A stretch of DNA of 28,878 nucleotides from an uncultured Saprospiraceae bacterium (GCA_965367335.1 CBDUIU010000001.1:1-28878), one strand, 5' to 3'; counted from the stretch's first letter, positions 1-8,545 are shown. Notes: a model not told the origin generated them from the letters alone. Program-made: numbers and translations.

Positions 1-37
1 TTGAATCAACTGAAACTGGTTTGAGTGTAGTCATCAT
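1..37 (-). CDS. 5' end of the next arg-operon gene running off the window (MMTTLKPVSVDS...); possibly the M20/ArgE deacylase that usually follows argB in Bacteroidota
   Basis: ATG ATG at 37/34 on the minus strand, 69 nt after the argB stop, open to the window edge. Only 12 codons are visible, so identity is inferred from typical gene order only. Confidence 0.3.
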   Translation of the reverse strand, partial: MMTTLKPVSVDS

Positions 38-105
38 TTGTATTGAATTTTTTACTAATCATTGATAAAAAATAGTTGTGGCTAATAAGCAGCCAGGGTC
101 ATAGG

Positions 106-873
106 TTATCGCAAAATCTCTGTCCCTCCATTTTTCACCATATTACTCACATTACAGATATAAACCTGGGCACTACTTTTTTCTACCACTGAAAAGGCAT
201 TATCCAGCTTGGGAATCATGCCATCCCGGATGACCAATTGCTCCTTTAGCTCCCGATACGAGGTTTGATCAAGGAGGGGAATCAATGCACCTTGTTTATC
301 CAGCACACCTGGTTTGTCCAGGCATAAATAAAGGCGCACATTAAAATAGCCGCTCATGGTTTTAGCTAAGCAGGCAGCGATCGTGTCGGCATTTGTATTG
401 AGTAGCTGCCCTGAACCATCATGGGTAATCGCACAAAAGACAGGGCAAATATCCGCTTGCAACAATGCACCGATGGCCTTAGCATTTACCTGTTTAACAT
501 CCCCCGCAAAGCCATAGTCAACTTCTCCAACCGGTCGCTTTTCTGACAGAATACTATTGAGATCCGCTCCGCTAAGTCCGAGTGCGTTGATACCACAGGC
601 CTGCATTTCCGCGACCAGTGTTTTATTGATCAACCCAGCATAGACCATCGTCACGACCTCCATGGTAGCAGCATCAGTGATCCGACGACCCTGATGCATC
701 CGAATTGGGATATCCATTTTTTCGCTAAGTACCGAAGCCTGATTACCTCCACCATGTACAAGGATCTTTGAGCCCTTTACCTGGGCAAAGGTTTCGATGA
801 GCCTTTGGCGATTTTCAGCTACTTCGACGACGCGACCTCCAACTTTAACAATGCTTATTTGTGGTCTTTCCAT
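106..873 (-). CDS. argB: Acetylglutamate kinase
   Basis: IVKVGG, LVHGGG, GRRITD, and NTNADTIA motifs of the amino-acid kinase family; arg operon context. Confidence 0.95.
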   Translation of the reverse strand: MERPQISIVKVGGRVVEVAENRQRLIETFAQVKGSKILVHGGGNQASVLSEKMDIPIRMHQGRRITDAATMEVVTMVYAGLINKTLVAEMQACGINALGLSGADLNSILSEKRPVGEVDYGFAGDVKQVNAKAIGALLQADICPVFCAITHDGSGQLLNTNADTIAACLAKTMSGYFNVRLYLCLDKPGVLDKQGALIPLLDQTSYRELKEQLVIRDGMIPKLDNAFSVVEKSSAQVYICNVSNMVKNGGTEILR

Positions 874-912
874 GAGTATCTATTTTGATTAGCCTTAAAG
901 AGAACAACCCAT

Positions 913-1860
913 TCAAAGCAAGTCTTGTAAACAATGCCACAGCACTGATTGAGCTGCATAAGTTCGATTATTGGCTTGTTCTATGGCGAGTGAACGATTG
1001 CTATCTAACACTTTACCCGCAACCACAACATTACGGCGAACAGGCAAGCAGTGCATGAAATAGCCATTGTTAGTCCTGGCCATTTTTTCCGGGGTAATCA
1101 TCCAGGACGGATCGGTTGACTTAATTTTACCGTAATCAGAATAGCTTGACCAGTTTTTTACGTAAACAAAATCTGCATCCGCCAAAGCGGCGTTTTGGTC
1201 ATGGTAAACGGGAATATCTTTAGCAAATTCCGGAGCTAAGTCATACCCTTCCGGATGAGTGATGCTCAACTCCACTTTGGCCTGCCACATCCACTCCAGG
1301 AATGAATTTGCAACAGCTTGTGGAAGTGCTTTGGGATGAGGCGCCCAACTGAGTACAACCTTTGGCCGGTCTACTTTTTTAAACGTCTCAATGGTCAGCC
1401 AGTCAGCCAAAGATTGCAGAGGATGACGGATAGCCGATTCTAAACTAATTACCGGGACACTGGCAAACTCCTGAAACTTACGAATAATGCGATCCTGATA
1501 ATCTGATGTTTTATTGGTCAAAGAAGGAAAAGTCCGCACAGCGATAATGTCGGCATACTGGCTAATGACGGCAGCGGCCTCCCGAATGTGTTCGGCTTTA
1601 TCGCCATCCATAATAACTTCATCTTCGAATTCGAGTTGCCACCCTTGGGTTGCATTCATACTCATGACAGCAATTCCCAGGTTTTGGGCCGCACGTTCGG
1701 TACTCAGGCGGGTACGCAGACTGGGATTAAAGAAAACCATCACCAGGGTTTTATTTTTCCCAATTTGTTGTTGGGAAAATGGAGTAATTTTGAAGTCAAT
1801 GGCTTTCTTCAACAGTCCTTCTGGATTTTCGACGTCATTGAGTGTGATAAAATTTTTCAT
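913..1860 (-). CDS. argF: N-acylornithine carbamoyltransferase (ArgF' type; residue 89 = Ala suggests N-succinylornithine specificity)
   Basis: FFNPSLRTR carbamoyl-phosphate motif (SLRT rather than STRT), HPLQ, WAPHPKALPQAVANSF, YVKNWS and FMHCLPVRRN, all typical of AOTCase/SOTCase. Confidence 0.93.
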   Translation of the reverse strand: MKNFITLNDVENPEGLLKKAIDFKITPFSQQQIGKNKTLVMVFFNPSLRTRLSTERAAQNLGIAVMSMNATQGWQLEFEDEVIMDGDKAEHIREAAAVISQYADIIAVRTFPSLTNKTSDYQDRIIRKFQEFASVPVISLESAIRHPLQSLADWLTIETFKKVDRPKVVLSWAPHPKALPQAVANSFLEWMWQAKVELSITHPEGYDLAPEFAKDIPVYHDQNAALADADFVYVKNWSSYSDYGKIKSTDPSWMITPEKMARTNNGYFMHCLPVRRNVVVAGKVLDSNRSLAIEQANNRTYAAQSVLWHCLQDLL

Positions 1861-1946
1861 GGATTGTGGTATTGTGATAGCACAGTAAAAATTATTGTTA
1901 GATATAAGTAGTTCACGAAATTAAACCACTTACTGCATCAAAAAAC

Positions 1947-3095
1947 TCAAATCGTCACCGAAGAGAATTGGCGTACCGCTTGTGCAAGTTTTTCCAAAAA
2001 ACAATCGACTTCCTTTCTCTGGACATTGAGCGGCGGTAACAATCGCATTACGTTTGCGCTTTTAGCAGAGCCGGTGAAGACTTTCTCTTCGTATAATAAA
2101 TGCTTTCTAAGTTCCGCAACCGGCATCGGAAAAGACAGGCCGATCATAAGCCCCTGGCCACGCACTTCCGTTATCCCGGGAATGAGTTCCAATTGAGCTT
2201 TCAGATACTTTCCTAACTGATCCGCATGAGGCAATAAATTCTCTTTGTCCAAAACTTCCAACACAGCTAATCCGGCAGCACAAGCAAGGTGATGACCGCC
2301 GAATGTCGTACCCAGCAAACCATAGCTGGCTTTATAATCCGGATGAATGAGGACACCACCAATGGGATAACCATTCCCCATACCTTTAGCGACGGGAATC
2401 AAATCAGGTTCTATTCCGGCATGCTGAAAAGCAAAGAATGCGCCGGTACGACCATAACCGGATTGGACCTCATCCAGGATCAAAGCGGTACCATGTTTTC
2501 TACAAAGGGTTTGCAGGCTTTGTAAAAATTCTGGTTGAGGAATATAGATACCACCGATACCCTGCACCCCCTCGATGATCACCGCACAAACATCCTCCTG
2601 TTTCAGTACCTTTTCCACTCCTTCCAGATCATTCAAATCAAAAAATAGTGCCTCAAAACCCTTGTTCAAAGGCGCCTTTATTTTTTCATTATCGGTGATG
2701 TTTACCGCAGCGGAAGTCCGGCCATGAAACCCACGATTAAAGGCAACGATTTTGGTACGGCCATTTTTGAAAGACGCTAGTTTTAGCGCATTTTCATTGG
2801 CCTCAGCACCGGAGTTACAGAGAAACAACTGATAGCCATCCAATCCGGAAAGTTTACCTAGTTTTTCCGCCAACTCTATTTGCAAATTATTTTGCACGGA
2901 GTTCGAATAAAACACCAGTTTTTCTACCTGCTCTTTTATCCGTTTGACAAAATGTGGATGACTATGCCCGATTGAGATTACTGCATGTCCACCATAAAAA
3001 TCAAGATATTCCTGCCCGGACTCATCATAGACATGACAACCTTTGCCTCTGACCGGAGCTACGTTGAAAAGAGGGTATACATCGAAAAGTTTCAT
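1947..3095 (-). CDS. argD: Acetylornithine/succinylornithine aminotransferase (class III PLP)
   Basis: YLDFYGGHAV, NSGAEANE, FHGRT, EGVQG, LILDEVQSGYGRTG and AKGMGNG (PLP Lys). Confidence 0.93.
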   Translation of the reverse strand: MKLFDVYPLFNVAPVRGKGCHVYDESGQEYLDFYGGHAVISIGHSHPHFVKRIKEQVEKLVFYSNSVQNNLQIELAEKLGKLSGLDGYQLFLCNSGAEANENALKLASFKNGRTKIVAFNRGFHGRTSAAVNITDNEKIKAPLNKGFEALFFDLNDLEGVEKVLKQEDVCAVIIEGVQGIGGIYIPQPEFLQSLQTLCRKHGTALILDEVQSGYGRTGAFFAFQHAGIEPDLIPVAKGMGNGYPIGGVLIHPDYKASYGLLGTTFGGHHLACAAGLAVLEVLDKENLLPHADQLGKYLKAQLELIPGITEVRGQGLMIGLSFPMPVAELRKHLLYEEKVFTGSAKSANVMRLLPPLNVQRKEVDCFLEKLAQAVRQFSSVTI

Positions 3096-3139
3096 TTTTT
3101 TTAGTTTAATGATAAGTCCAAAAACCTGTTAGGGTAAAC

Positions 3140-4105
3140 TTAGTAAACGATAGACTTTAATTGAAGTCCCATCTTTTCATTCAGTCCGAACATTAAATTC
3201 ATGTTCTGTACGGCCTGTCCGGAAGCCCCTTTTAATAAATTATCGATCATGCTGATGACGAGCCATTGGTCATCAATTTTTTTGCCGTATAAAATACACT
3301 TGTTTGTATTGACGACTGACTTGAGTGAGGGGTTTGTGTCAGAAAGCCAAACGAAAAGTTCATCCTGATAAAATTCGCGATACAGCTCTTGCAGCTCCGC
3401 TTCACTTTGCGCCAACTTCGTATAAGCCGTAGCAAAAATACCTCGCGGAAAATCACCTCTGACCGGCAAGAAATGAATGGGCGCCACTTCCTCTGTTTGC
3501 AGTTGCTTCAAACTCTGCCGAATCTCATCCATATGTTGATGGCGAAAAGGTTTATAGACGGAAATATTGTTATTTCGCCAACTAAAATGAGTCGTCTCAA
3601 CCGGCTTCACACCTGCACCAGTAGACCCTGTCAACGCTTGCACATGAACAGGCTGACGCAATAGTTTTGCTTTAGCCAGAGGCAGCAAAGCCAGCTGGAT
3701 AGCGGTTGCAAAACAGCCACAATTAGCAATGCGGTTACTTTGTTGAATGGATCGACGATTAAGTTCTGGCAGGCCATAGACATAATTATGCTCGGGAGAT
3801 TTGAGTCGAAAATCACGGCTCAGGTCAATGACCTTGGTTGTAGACGGTACATTATTTTCTGCCAAAAAAGTTTTTGACTGACCGTGTCCCATACAGAGAA
3901 AAATCACATCTACCTCTACCGAAAATTGGTCACTAAAGTACAGGTCAATATCGCCCAGCAAATCCGGATGGACATCATGTAAATGTTTTCCGGCCTGGCT
4001 CCGGCTATGGACAAAACTCAGGTCCACTTGCGGATGTTGTAACAACAACCGAATAAGTTCGCCGCCGGTATAACCAGCCCCACCTATTATTCCTGCTCTG
4101 ATCAT
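3140..4105 (-). CDS. argC: N-acetyl-gamma-glutamyl-phosphate reductase
   Basis: GGAGYTGGEL Rossmann motif, IANCGCFATA catalytic Cys, GSTGAG and IDNLLKGASGQAVQNMN. Overlaps the argG stop by 4 nt. Confidence 0.96.
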   Translation of the reverse strand: MIRAGIIGGAGYTGGELIRLLLQHPQVDLSFVHSRSQAGKHLHDVHPDLLGDIDLYFSDQFSVEVDVIFLCMGHGQSKTFLAENNVPSTTKVIDLSRDFRLKSPEHNYVYGLPELNRRSIQQSNRIANCGCFATAIQLALLPLAKAKLLRQPVHVQALTGSTGAGVKPVETTHFSWRNNNISVYKPFRHQHMDEIRQSLKQLQTEEVAPIHFLPVRGDFPRGIFATAYTKLAQSEAELQELYREFYQDELFVWLSDTNPSLKSVVNTNKCILYGKKIDDQWLVISMIDNLLKGASGQAVQNMNLMFGLNEKMGLQLKSIVY

Positions 4106-5313
4106 AATACTTCCTCTTTTTTATTGGCAACTTGTTGAACCGATTGATAAATACGGTTCTGATTTGCCATGATTTTTATAAACCCTTTCGCCTCTTCTCC
4201 GGTCCAGGCAAGGTTCATTTCGCCATAGCTACCAAAACGAGATTGCATCAGATCATATGGAGATTTGATACCGATCAGTTCAAACCGATAAGGTAGCAAC
4301 CTGACTTCTACCGACCCGCTAACACTTTGTTGGGTATCTTCCAGAAAAACTTCAATGTTTCGCATCACCGGATCGAGAAATTGGCCTTCATGGAGTAACA
4401 TTCCATACCAATTCCCCAGTTGTTCTTTCCAGTATTGCTGCCATTTGGTTAGCACATGTTTTTCCAGTAATTGATGTGCTTTGATCAAAATCATGGGAGC
4501 GGCGGCTTCGAAACCGACCCGGCCTTTGATCCCGATAATCGTATCCCCTACATGTGTATCTCTTCCGATCGCATAGGAAGCGGCCAGTTGTTGCAGGGCT
4601 TTGATTAGTTCCGTTGGATGGCCATATTTCTCATCATTCAAGCCAACGGGTTGCCCTTTTTCAAACAATATATTTACAGTCATTTCCTTTTCCTGGCTTA
4701 ACTGACTAGGCCAGGCTTCTTCGGGCAAAGATTGGTGAGAAGTTAGCGTTTCTACGCCTCCGACACTGGTTCCCCAAAGCCCTTGATTGATGGAATATTT
4801 GGCTTTCTCCCAGTTAAAATCAAATCCCCTTTCCTGTAAGTACTTCACCTCAGCTTCCCGGGATAACTGCAAATCCCGGATAGGACTAATGATTTCCAGG
4901 TTCTGGCCGAGGATAAGAAATGCCAGGTCAAAACGAACCTGATCGTTACCTGCCCCCGTACTTCCATGCGCCACTGCATCCGCCTTGATCCCGTTAGCAA
5001 ATCTGGCAACTTCCATGGCCTGAAAAGCCCGTTCCGCAGAGACAGAAAGCGGGTAGGTTTGATTTCGTAACACGTTACCGTAAAGCAAAAAACGAATACA
5101 TTGATCATAATAGGTTTGGACGGCATCAACAACCTGGAAGCTTTTAGCGCCAAGGGCATAAGCGCGCTGTTCCATCTCGTGTAACTCTTGTTGAGAGAAA
5201 CCGCCCGTATTAACAGTAAGCGCATGCACCTCACAGTTTTGATCCTGGGAAAGGTATTGAATACAGAAGGAGGTGTCGAGGCCTCCGGAATATGCTAAGG
5301 CTACTTTTTTCAT
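4102..5313 (-). CDS. argG: Argininosuccinate synthase
   Basis: LAYSGGLDTS, AHGSTGAGNDQVRFD, YSINQGLWG and KGRVGFEA. Confidence 0.97.
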   Translation of the reverse strand: MKKVALAYSGGLDTSFCIQYLSQDQNCEVHALTVNTGGFSQQELHEMEQRAYALGAKSFQVVDAVQTYYDQCIRFLLYGNVLRNQTYPLSVSAERAFQAMEVARFANGIKADAVAHGSTGAGNDQVRFDLAFLILGQNLEIISPIRDLQLSREAEVKYLQERGFDFNWEKAKYSINQGLWGTSVGGVETLTSHQSLPEEAWPSQLSQEKEMTVNILFEKGQPVGLNDEKYGHPTELIKALQQLAASYAIGRDTHVGDTIIGIKGRVGFEAAAPMILIKAHQLLEKHVLTKWQQYWKEQLGNWYGMLLHEGQFLDPVMRNIEVFLEDTQQSVSGSVEVRLLPYRFELIGIKSPYDLMQSRFGSYGEMNLAWTGEEAKGFIKIMANQNRIYQSVQQVANKKEEVL

Positions 5314-5417
5314 GATAAATATTTGTATTAAAAAGGCTTCACCCTCAATTGTTAGAAATTTCTAATCCTTTAAACATCTGTGGTGATTTAATGTCAATCA
5401 GGAAAGGATGGTTAAAT

Positions 5418-6044
5418 TCATTTTGAATCCGTTTTATTTTCAACTACCCTGGGAGAATTTGAATTAATGACCTGGGAGGATTCAAACTCAGCTTTTGAAG
5501 GAGCAAGCATACCGGTACAAAGGCAGAGTTTCCTTTCGTTGCGTTGCAGGATATCATAGTTCGGGCAAGTTTGGCAGCCTTTCCAGAAGGTTTCATCCTG
5601 AGTTAATTCGGAAAAGGTAACCGGCCGGTAGCCAAGGTCAGAATTAATGCGCATAACGGCCAGGCTAGTGGTAATTCCAAAGACCCTGGCATTTGGGTAT
5701 TTATCTCGAGCCAATTTAAAGACTTTGGCCTTGATCGCTCTGGCTAATCCTTGTCCGCGAAATTTGCTGGCGACGATTAGCCCGGAATTAGCGACATAGC
5801 GAGAATGGCTCCAGGTTTCAATATAGCAGAAGCCGGCGAGCTCTCCGTCGGGAGAAAAAGCGATAACTGCTTTGCCCTCAGCAATCTTTTCTCTGATGTA
5901 TTCCGGAGAGCGACGCGCGATGCCAGTACCTCGTTCCTGAGCGGAGACCTCATACAATTTACAGAGTAATTCCGCACAGGGAAAGTGTACTGGCTGGGCA
6001 TTGTCTATGATAAAATTTGAATCCACTTTCTTAATTTTAAACAA
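5418..6044 (-). CDS. Bacteroidota-type GNAT N-acyl-glutamate synthase (ArgA role); true start may be GTG at 6026
   Basis: First gene of the arg operon. RGTGIARRSPEYI, acyl-CoA motif A (FRGQGLA), and a C-terminal CQTC...CLC cluster. Role inferred from position and family. Confidence 0.8.
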   Translation of the reverse strand: MFKIKKVDSNFIIDNAQPVHFPCAELLCKLYEVSAQERGTGIARRSPEYIREKIAEGKAVIAFSPDGELAGFCYIETWSHSRYVANSGLIVASKFRGQGLARAIKAKVFKLARDKYPNARVFGITTSLAVMRINSDLGYRPVTFSELTQDETFWKGCQTCPNYDILQRNERKLCLCTGMLAPSKAEFESSQVINSNSPRVVENKTDSK

Positions 6045-6244
6045 TAAAATTACATTCGTTGCAAAATCATTTTACAAACGTGCTATATGATGTAAGGTTT
6101 ACTTGATGTAGCTTAATGAAAGAATTGGTATTCATCCGGGTGCACGACCCAAGCAGGAACAATTCCCGGGAAAAACTATAATATTAAAAATACTACGTTT
6201 TAACTAAGCTAAAAATAATTAGATCTTATTTGGTAGAAACAGAC

Positions 6245-6259
6245 GGGGAAGCACTCCCC
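6245..6259 (-). promoter_or_regulatory. GC-rich hairpin downstream of the Arg-rich leader (candidate attenuator hairpin)
   Basis: mRNA GGGGAG-UGC-UUCCCC followed by GUCUGUUUCU (only a weak U-tract). Confidence 0.45.
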
Positions 6260-6288
6260 TGGATGGGTTATATGTAGGATGTACGCCC

Positions 6289-6372
6289 CTAAGGGCGAGC
6301 ACGAAAACGACGAACGCGGCGGGCTGCTGCGTCAATAGATGAGAAAAGATATGTCGTTTTGCATAAAAACAT
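6289..6372 (-). CDS. Candidate arginine leader peptide MFLCKTTYLFSSIDAAARRVRRFRARP (27 aa)
   Basis: Hand-translated: ATG at 6372, TAG at 6291-6289. Codons 18-26 are CGC CGC GTT CGT CGT TTT CGT GCT CGC. It lies just behind the operon promoter and is below the ORF-track size cutoff. Confidence 0.7.
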   Translation of the reverse strand: MFLCKTTYLFSSIDAAARRVRRFRARP

Positions 6373-6376
6373 AAAT

Positions 6377-6408
6377 CAAAAGTAAGCCGTTTTTTTGGAT
6401 TGTGCAAA
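6377..6408 (-). promoter_or_regulatory. Bacteroidota housekeeping promoter of the arg leader/operon
   Basis: TTTG (6408-6405), 20-nt spacer, TACTTTTG (6384-6377): a full match to the -33/-7 consensus. Confidence 0.8.
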
Positions 6409-6425
6409 GAATAAGATAAAAAGTT

Positions 6426-6475
6426 TTGAGGGTTTTTATTTGTCAACGCTTCGCCAACGGAATAAAAACCCTCAA
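6426..6475. terminator. Long hairpin just after the MFS stop, insulating the arg promoter
   Basis: TTGAGGGTTTTTATT ... AATAAAAACCCTCAA is a perfect 15-bp inverted repeat. Confidence 0.65.
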
Positions 6476-6479
6476 CTTT

Positions 6480-7739
6480 TCAAAAACTCATTTCCACCTC
6501 TTCTTTTACCAGTGCTTCCTCGGAATCTATTCTCTGACGTCCCATCATCACAAACCCCCAGGTAGCCAACAAGGTGAATCCCCCCAGAACATACCAAAGT
6601 GTAGCGTAACTAAATTGCTCTGCCATCCGCATCCCAAAAGTTGGAGCGATGATAAACGCTAAGGAATACGACATTCCGTATGCGGCCATGTATTGACCAC
6701 GGTTAGCATCGTTACAGCGATTCATGGCAAAAGCATTAGCGAAAGGCATCATGAGGATTTCGCCGATAGTAACAAGTACAACAGACAAGATGGCTACAAG
6801 GAGCCATACCGGCAACCAGTTAAAGATTAAATAAGATATCCCAATCAATGCCGTACCTATCCCAGCCAGAACTAAGTTGCTATATCTTTTTTCTAATCCG
6901 TAAACGATAGGCATTTCAAGCACGGCAATCAATAATCCGTTCGTGGCCATTAATATGCCGATTGTATCCTCATCAAAATGCATTTCTGTTTTGAAGAAAA
7001 CCGGAATGGTTGAAAACAGTTGCATAAATACGATGGCATTCAGTAACACAAACAGCAAGAACCGCATGTATACCGGATCTTTAAAAGGTGATAAGACCGC
7101 TTTTTTTACCTTATCCACTTCTTTAATCTCATCCTTCTTTTCTTTAATCTTTTTTGGTGCTAGTACCTGACGAAATAACAGGGCTCCAAAAACACAAGTC
7201 AATCCATCTGCCCAAAACAAATAATCGTAGCTCCAGTAATAAGCCATCAATCCGCCAATGGCAGGACCGACGCCAAAGCCCATATTGATCGCCAACCGAA
7301 TCAGTGAAAGCGAACGCGTACGATTTTCGGGTTTGCTATAGGCGGCAACAGCAGCAAGGTTAGCCGGACGGAATGCATCCGCTACTACTGCCAAGGCAAA
7401 AATAGCAAGACAAAAAAGCCAGAATGTTTTAATCCAAATCAGCACCCAGAAAAATACACTACTGGATAATAAGGTCCAGAACATAACATTATAATAACCA
7501 AACCGGTCCGTAAGGTGGCCGCCCAAATAAGTTCCTAACAATGACCCTGCACCAAAGACGCTCATTATAGTTGCAGCCTCTCCCATAGTGAGGTGGAGCT
7601 GAGTAGTCAAATAGACCGTAAGAAAAGGAATCACCATAGTACCTGACCGATTGATCAGCGTAATTAAAGATAACCACCAAATTTCAGGAGAGAGCCCCCG
7701 AAAAGATTTTGTGTACTGCCGAGTAAGATGTTTTAACAT
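6480..7739 (-). CDS. Major facilitator superfamily transporter
   Basis: About 12 hydrophobic segments, motif A GGHLTDRFGY, and RTRSLSLIRLAINMGFGVGPAIGG. Confidence 0.93.
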   Translation of the reverse strand: MLKHLTRQYTKSFRGLSPEIWWLSLITLINRSGTMVIPFLTVYLTTQLHLTMGEAATIMSVFGAGSLLGTYLGGHLTDRFGYYNVMFWTLLSSSVFFWVLIWIKTFWLFCLAIFALAVVADAFRPANLAAVAAYSKPENRTRSLSLIRLAINMGFGVGPAIGGLMAYYWSYDYLFWADGLTCVFGALLFRQVLAPKKIKEKKDEIKEVDKVKKAVLSPFKDPVYMRFLLFVLLNAIVFMQLFSTIPVFFKTEMHFDEDTIGILMATNGLLIAVLEMPIVYGLEKRYSNLVLAGIGTALIGISYLIFNWLPVWLLVAILSVVLVTIGEILMMPFANAFAMNRCNDANRGQYMAAYGMSYSLAFIIAPTFGMRMAEQFSYATLWYVLGGFTLLATWGFVMMGRQRIDSEEALVKEEVEMSF

Positions 7740-7864
7740 GACTTAATTTGGTTCTGGGTGTTCAATTATAATATGGCTTTTAACAGCCCTAAATAAGGGA
7801 TAGTTCCAACCTTGGATTTTTATTTTAATTTTGCTAAAAATTACCCTTGTTCATTATATAGTTT

Positions 7865-8545
7865 ATGAATGTACAAAAACTCAAAGAGGCGATCCAAGCG
7901 TACACCTCCTGGCTACAACAATCCAGGGACATTCCCAATCTTCACTGCTGGGAGGCACTCCATCACTGGCAAGTTAACTGGGACACTGAAGCTCCTGACC
8001 TGGCTGCCACCTATGATAAAAGCCTGCAAAGCCAGGAATCACGTCGTTTATGGAATCGGGAAAATTTTTTCCCAAAGGAAATGATGTTAAAGCTGATCCG
8101 ATCCCAACCGAATTTTTCCCGGCGAGCTTTTCAAGCACTATTTGACGAGGAAAAAGAAATCGACAACCGGATCAGTCTATTCAAGTTTTTTTGCGATGAG
8201 ATGCTAAAGGAATATAAAAGCAGTAAAAAAGTAAGTATTGAAAACAATCATTACCACGACAATAATGAGATGATCTTCTTATACCTGGCTTTCCAATTTC
8301 CTGAGCAATATACCCTGCTTCACTATCCATCTCTTCGAGCTTGTTTGGAAAAAGTAGGGAGTTTAAATCCACCTGGTCCATATGACCTGGGACGTTTTGT
8401 AAAGATCAGCCGGGCACTTTGGAAATGGCTACGGGAAGACGAGGTATGTATAAATGCGGTAAAGAAAAAAATAGAACCTACGGGTTTTTACCGAGAAAAC
8501 ACCCTGCTAATTGTCCATGATTTCTATACTTGGGTAGGCAAATAA
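7865..8545 (+). CDS. Hypothetical protein resembling N-terminal domains of McrB-like/HNH restriction proteins
   Basis: 226-aa ORF with a TAATTTTG element at 7826-7833. Motifs WEALHHWQVNWD, FPKEM, LFDE, NHYH and YLAFQFPEQY recalled from such domains; not verified. Confidence 0.7.
   Translation: MNVQKLKEAIQAYTSWLQQSRDIPNLHCWEALHHWQVNWDTEAPDLAATYDKSLQSQESRRLWNRENFFPKEMMLKLIRSQPNFSRRAFQALFDEEKEIDNRISLFKFFCDEMLKEYKSSKKVSIENNHYHDNNEMIFLYLAFQFPEQYTLLHYPSLRACLEKVGSLNPPGPYDLGRFVKISRALWKWLREDEVCINAVKKKIEPTGFYRENTLLIVHDFYTWVGK

Noticed and set aside
1514-5234. Alternative-frame and antisense ORFs inside arg genes (1514-1888, 1588-1911, 2289-2525, 3247-3456, 3389-3664, 3631-3816, 4845-5234)
   Set aside because: Fully nested in well-supported genes with no motifs or independent expression signals. 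The same applies to the nested ORFs in the MFS gene, glgP, glnA, amt, sodA, fumC, the peptidase and the permease.
6357-6376. TTTTGCATAAAAACATAAAT as an ArgR (ARG) box
   Set aside because: Only the left half matches TGCAT-W4-ATGCA, no tandem box is present, and no argR is in the window.
6219-6446. 75-aa minus-strand ORF from the ORF track upstream of the arg operon
   Set aside because: It spans the MFS terminator hairpin and the -33/-7 promoter, has no family motif, and is in a different frame from the better-supported Arg-rich leader at 6289-6372.
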